Below are positions 44,535 through 45,854 of a stretch of 45,854 bases of DNA, in pieces; the first letter of the stretch is position 1, and every line of letters starts with the position of its first letter. Origin of the DNA: a virus. Location of the stretch: IMG/VR virus record IMGVR_UViG_3300045988_140252; one strand, written 5' to 3'. The position numbers and the translations under genes were made by a program. The notes below the pieces were generated by a model. The model saw only the letters and a list, made by a program, of their open reading frames with translations, had not been told where the DNA came from and ran no database searches.

Positions 44535-45701
44535 TTAAAAAAGTCCTTCAAAATGTTTTGTCTCTTCATGTACTGGCAACGCTTCTCCTTTTAGATATTT
44601 ATTTGTGGTAGAAATATCCGAATGTCTTGCTTGATCGCGTGCAATAACAATCCCGGCTGAATTTGCCAAATCGCGAATACCGGTATCTTTTAGGGAATAA
44701 AACTGGTAGGAGTCAGGGAATTTAAGTAACGTACGTACTTTATTGAAATAAGTCCTGTAAGTGCGTGGTGTCGATTTCTCTTTTGAGGGTTTGAAATCTT
44801 TCCCGAATAAGTAACAATCATTGCTATAATTGAATATTTTAAGTTCGAGCATAGATTTTATTAAGATATCGTTTAATCCTACCATACCGTCTTTGCGGTT
44901 TTTAGATATACTTGAAGGGATAAATACTTTTTGATCCTTAATATAGATATCGGATAATTGAATATTTGACAGCTCATCTGGACGAATAAGGGTATAATAT
45001 GCAAACTGGCAAAGTAGGAGAAAGTACGGATTATTTTTTTCTAAATATGTTCTAAGCTTCTGTAGATCATTGGCGGACAATGCGTCCCGTTTCTTTTTGT
45101 CTTCCGACAATGATTTGATATTCTCTACGGGGTTTTTGTCTATATACTGTTTTTCTAATAACCAGCTGCCAAAAGATGATAACCAGGTTCGATAATTATT
45201 CCTTGTGCGAGCTGATGAATCACGATCAATAAGAATATAATCCAAGAAATCACTTGCATAAGTCTTATCAAACTGATAAATATATATTATAGGATTGAAA
45301 CGCTTTTTGTTGTATTCTGATAACACCCTAATTCTTTTTTTATAGTCTGCAAAGGTACTTTCTTTAAACACTTTGGACTTATGGAATTTAATTAGATATT
45401 TATTGTATAATTCCACAACATCATCGAACAATGTATATTGGCGGGAATTTGAAGTATCTGCCCATGGATTCCAACCAGATAAGAGTTGCCGACTTATATT
45501 TGCAATTAATTCCGTAGCCCTCTTTTTCCGGACACTAATTTTATCTATGCTATCCAGCATATATTTTTTTCGTTTCATTTTTTGTTCCAAAGGATCATAA
45601 GCTTTGAAATCAATATACCAATTTTTCCCGGTGTGAAGTTTGGGCAAAGTGTAGGGTATTATACTATTTAATGAGGCACCCCGTCTTTTAGTTGAACACA
45701 T
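44535..45701 (-). CDS. int: Tyrosine-type site-specific integrase
   Basis: 388 aa. The C-terminal catalytic region holds RDQARHSDISTTNKYL (H-x-x-R ... Y). The N-terminal region is arm-binding/SAM-like. It lies next to the att repeat. Confidence 0.9.
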   Translation of the reverse strand: MCSTKRRGASLNSIIPYTLPKLHTGKNWYIDFKAYDPLEQKMKRKKYMLDSIDKISVRKKRATELIANISRQLLSGWNPWADTSNSRQYTLFDDVVELYNKYLIKFHKSKVFKESTFADYKKRIRVLSEYNKKRFNPIIYIYQFDKTYASDFLDYILIDRDSSARTRNNYRTWLSSFGSWLLEKQYIDKNPVENIKSLSEDKKKRDALSANDLQKLRTYLEKNNPYFLLLCQFAYYTLIRPDELSNIQLSDIYIKDQKVFIPSSISKNRKDGMVGLNDILIKSMLELKIFNYSNDCYLFGKDFKPSKEKSTPRTYRTYFNKVRTLLKFPDSYQFYSLKDTGIRDLANSAGIVIARDQARHSDISTTNKYLKGEALPVHEETKHFEGLF

Positions 45702-45761
45702 TTTTTTCTACGTTTTTGTAAACAGAAACGTAGTACAATTAAACATTCATATTAAATAAAG

Positions 45762-45778
45762 TGTCCGGTACTTGTCCG
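45762..45778 (+). promoter_or_regulatory. Paired TGTCCG sites (11-bp spacing), candidate integrase arm-type sites in the right arm
   Basis: TGTCCG occurs at 45762-45767 and 45773-45778, mirroring 106-122. Confidence 0.4.
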
Positions 45779-45791
45779 ACCTATAAACGGA

Positions 45792-45824
45792 AAATAGCCG
45801 TAAGTTATTAACTTACAGCTATTT
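45792..45824. repeat. 33-bp imperfect palindrome 5 bp from the att core
   Basis: The 16-nt arms 45792-45807 and 45809-45824 are complementary at 15 of 16 positions (AAATAGCCGTAAGTTA-T-TAACTTACAGCTATTT). Confidence 0.6.
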
Positions 45825-45829
45825 GACCT

Positions 45830-45854
45830 TGCACGGGAGGAGAGGCTCGAACTC
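45830..45854 (-). repeat. att core copy (right); probably the 3' end of an intact minus-strand tRNA gene that continues beyond the window
   Basis: Identical to 1-25. On the minus strand the tRNA body would lie past position 45854 and is not visible. Confidence 0.65.

Larger units (their letters stand above)
1..45854. mobile_element. Integrated temperate tailed-phage genome (prophage) with att repeats at both window ends
   Basis: An exact 25-bp direct repeat sits at both ends. A tyrosine integrase lies next to the right repeat and a repressor/cro switch next to the left. A full set of replication, packaging, head, tail and lysis genes lies in between. Confidence 0.85.

Overview
The window is essentially one complete integrated temperate tailed phage of about 45.8 kb. 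It is bounded by an exact 25-bp direct repeat (1-25 and 45830-45854) that reads like the 3' end of a minus-strand tRNA gene. Host signals look Bacteroidales-like: TAnnTTTG -7 boxes, a Bacteroides-type tyrosine integrase and lipoprotein morons. Gene order from left to right: (1) a CI-like repressor and Cro-like switch; (2) small early genes; (3) a Toprim-primase/P-loop helicase; (4) a GTTAC iteron-like field; (5) an S49 prohead protease and a scaffold-fused major capsid protein; (6) an orphan DPPY methyltransferase; (7) the terminase; (8) an AT-rich accessory island of about 5 kb holding small unknown genes, lipoproteins and membrane proteins; (9) a portal candidate and head/tail accessory genes; (10) a GH24 endolysin; (11) a HicAB toxin-antitoxin moron; (12) a 1435-aa tape measure and tail-tip proteins; (13) a 2262-aa mosaic fibre; (14) the integrase. 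The standout feature is a diversity-generating retroelement (DGR). A 118-bp variable repeat at the C-terminus of the giant fibre (42093-42210) matches a template repeat (42377-42494). All 16 mismatches fall at template adenines. A reverse transcriptase with YCDD and SQG motifs follows at 42643-43998. No Avd-like gene is visible, and the RT is unusually long. Secondary items are a dnaX-type slippery site in front of a stop codon, an SD-coupled four-gene operon of unknown function, duplicated terminator modules bracketing a moron block, paired TGTCCG sites in both att arms, and phased T-tracts. All functional calls rest on motif recognition by eye. No database searches were run.
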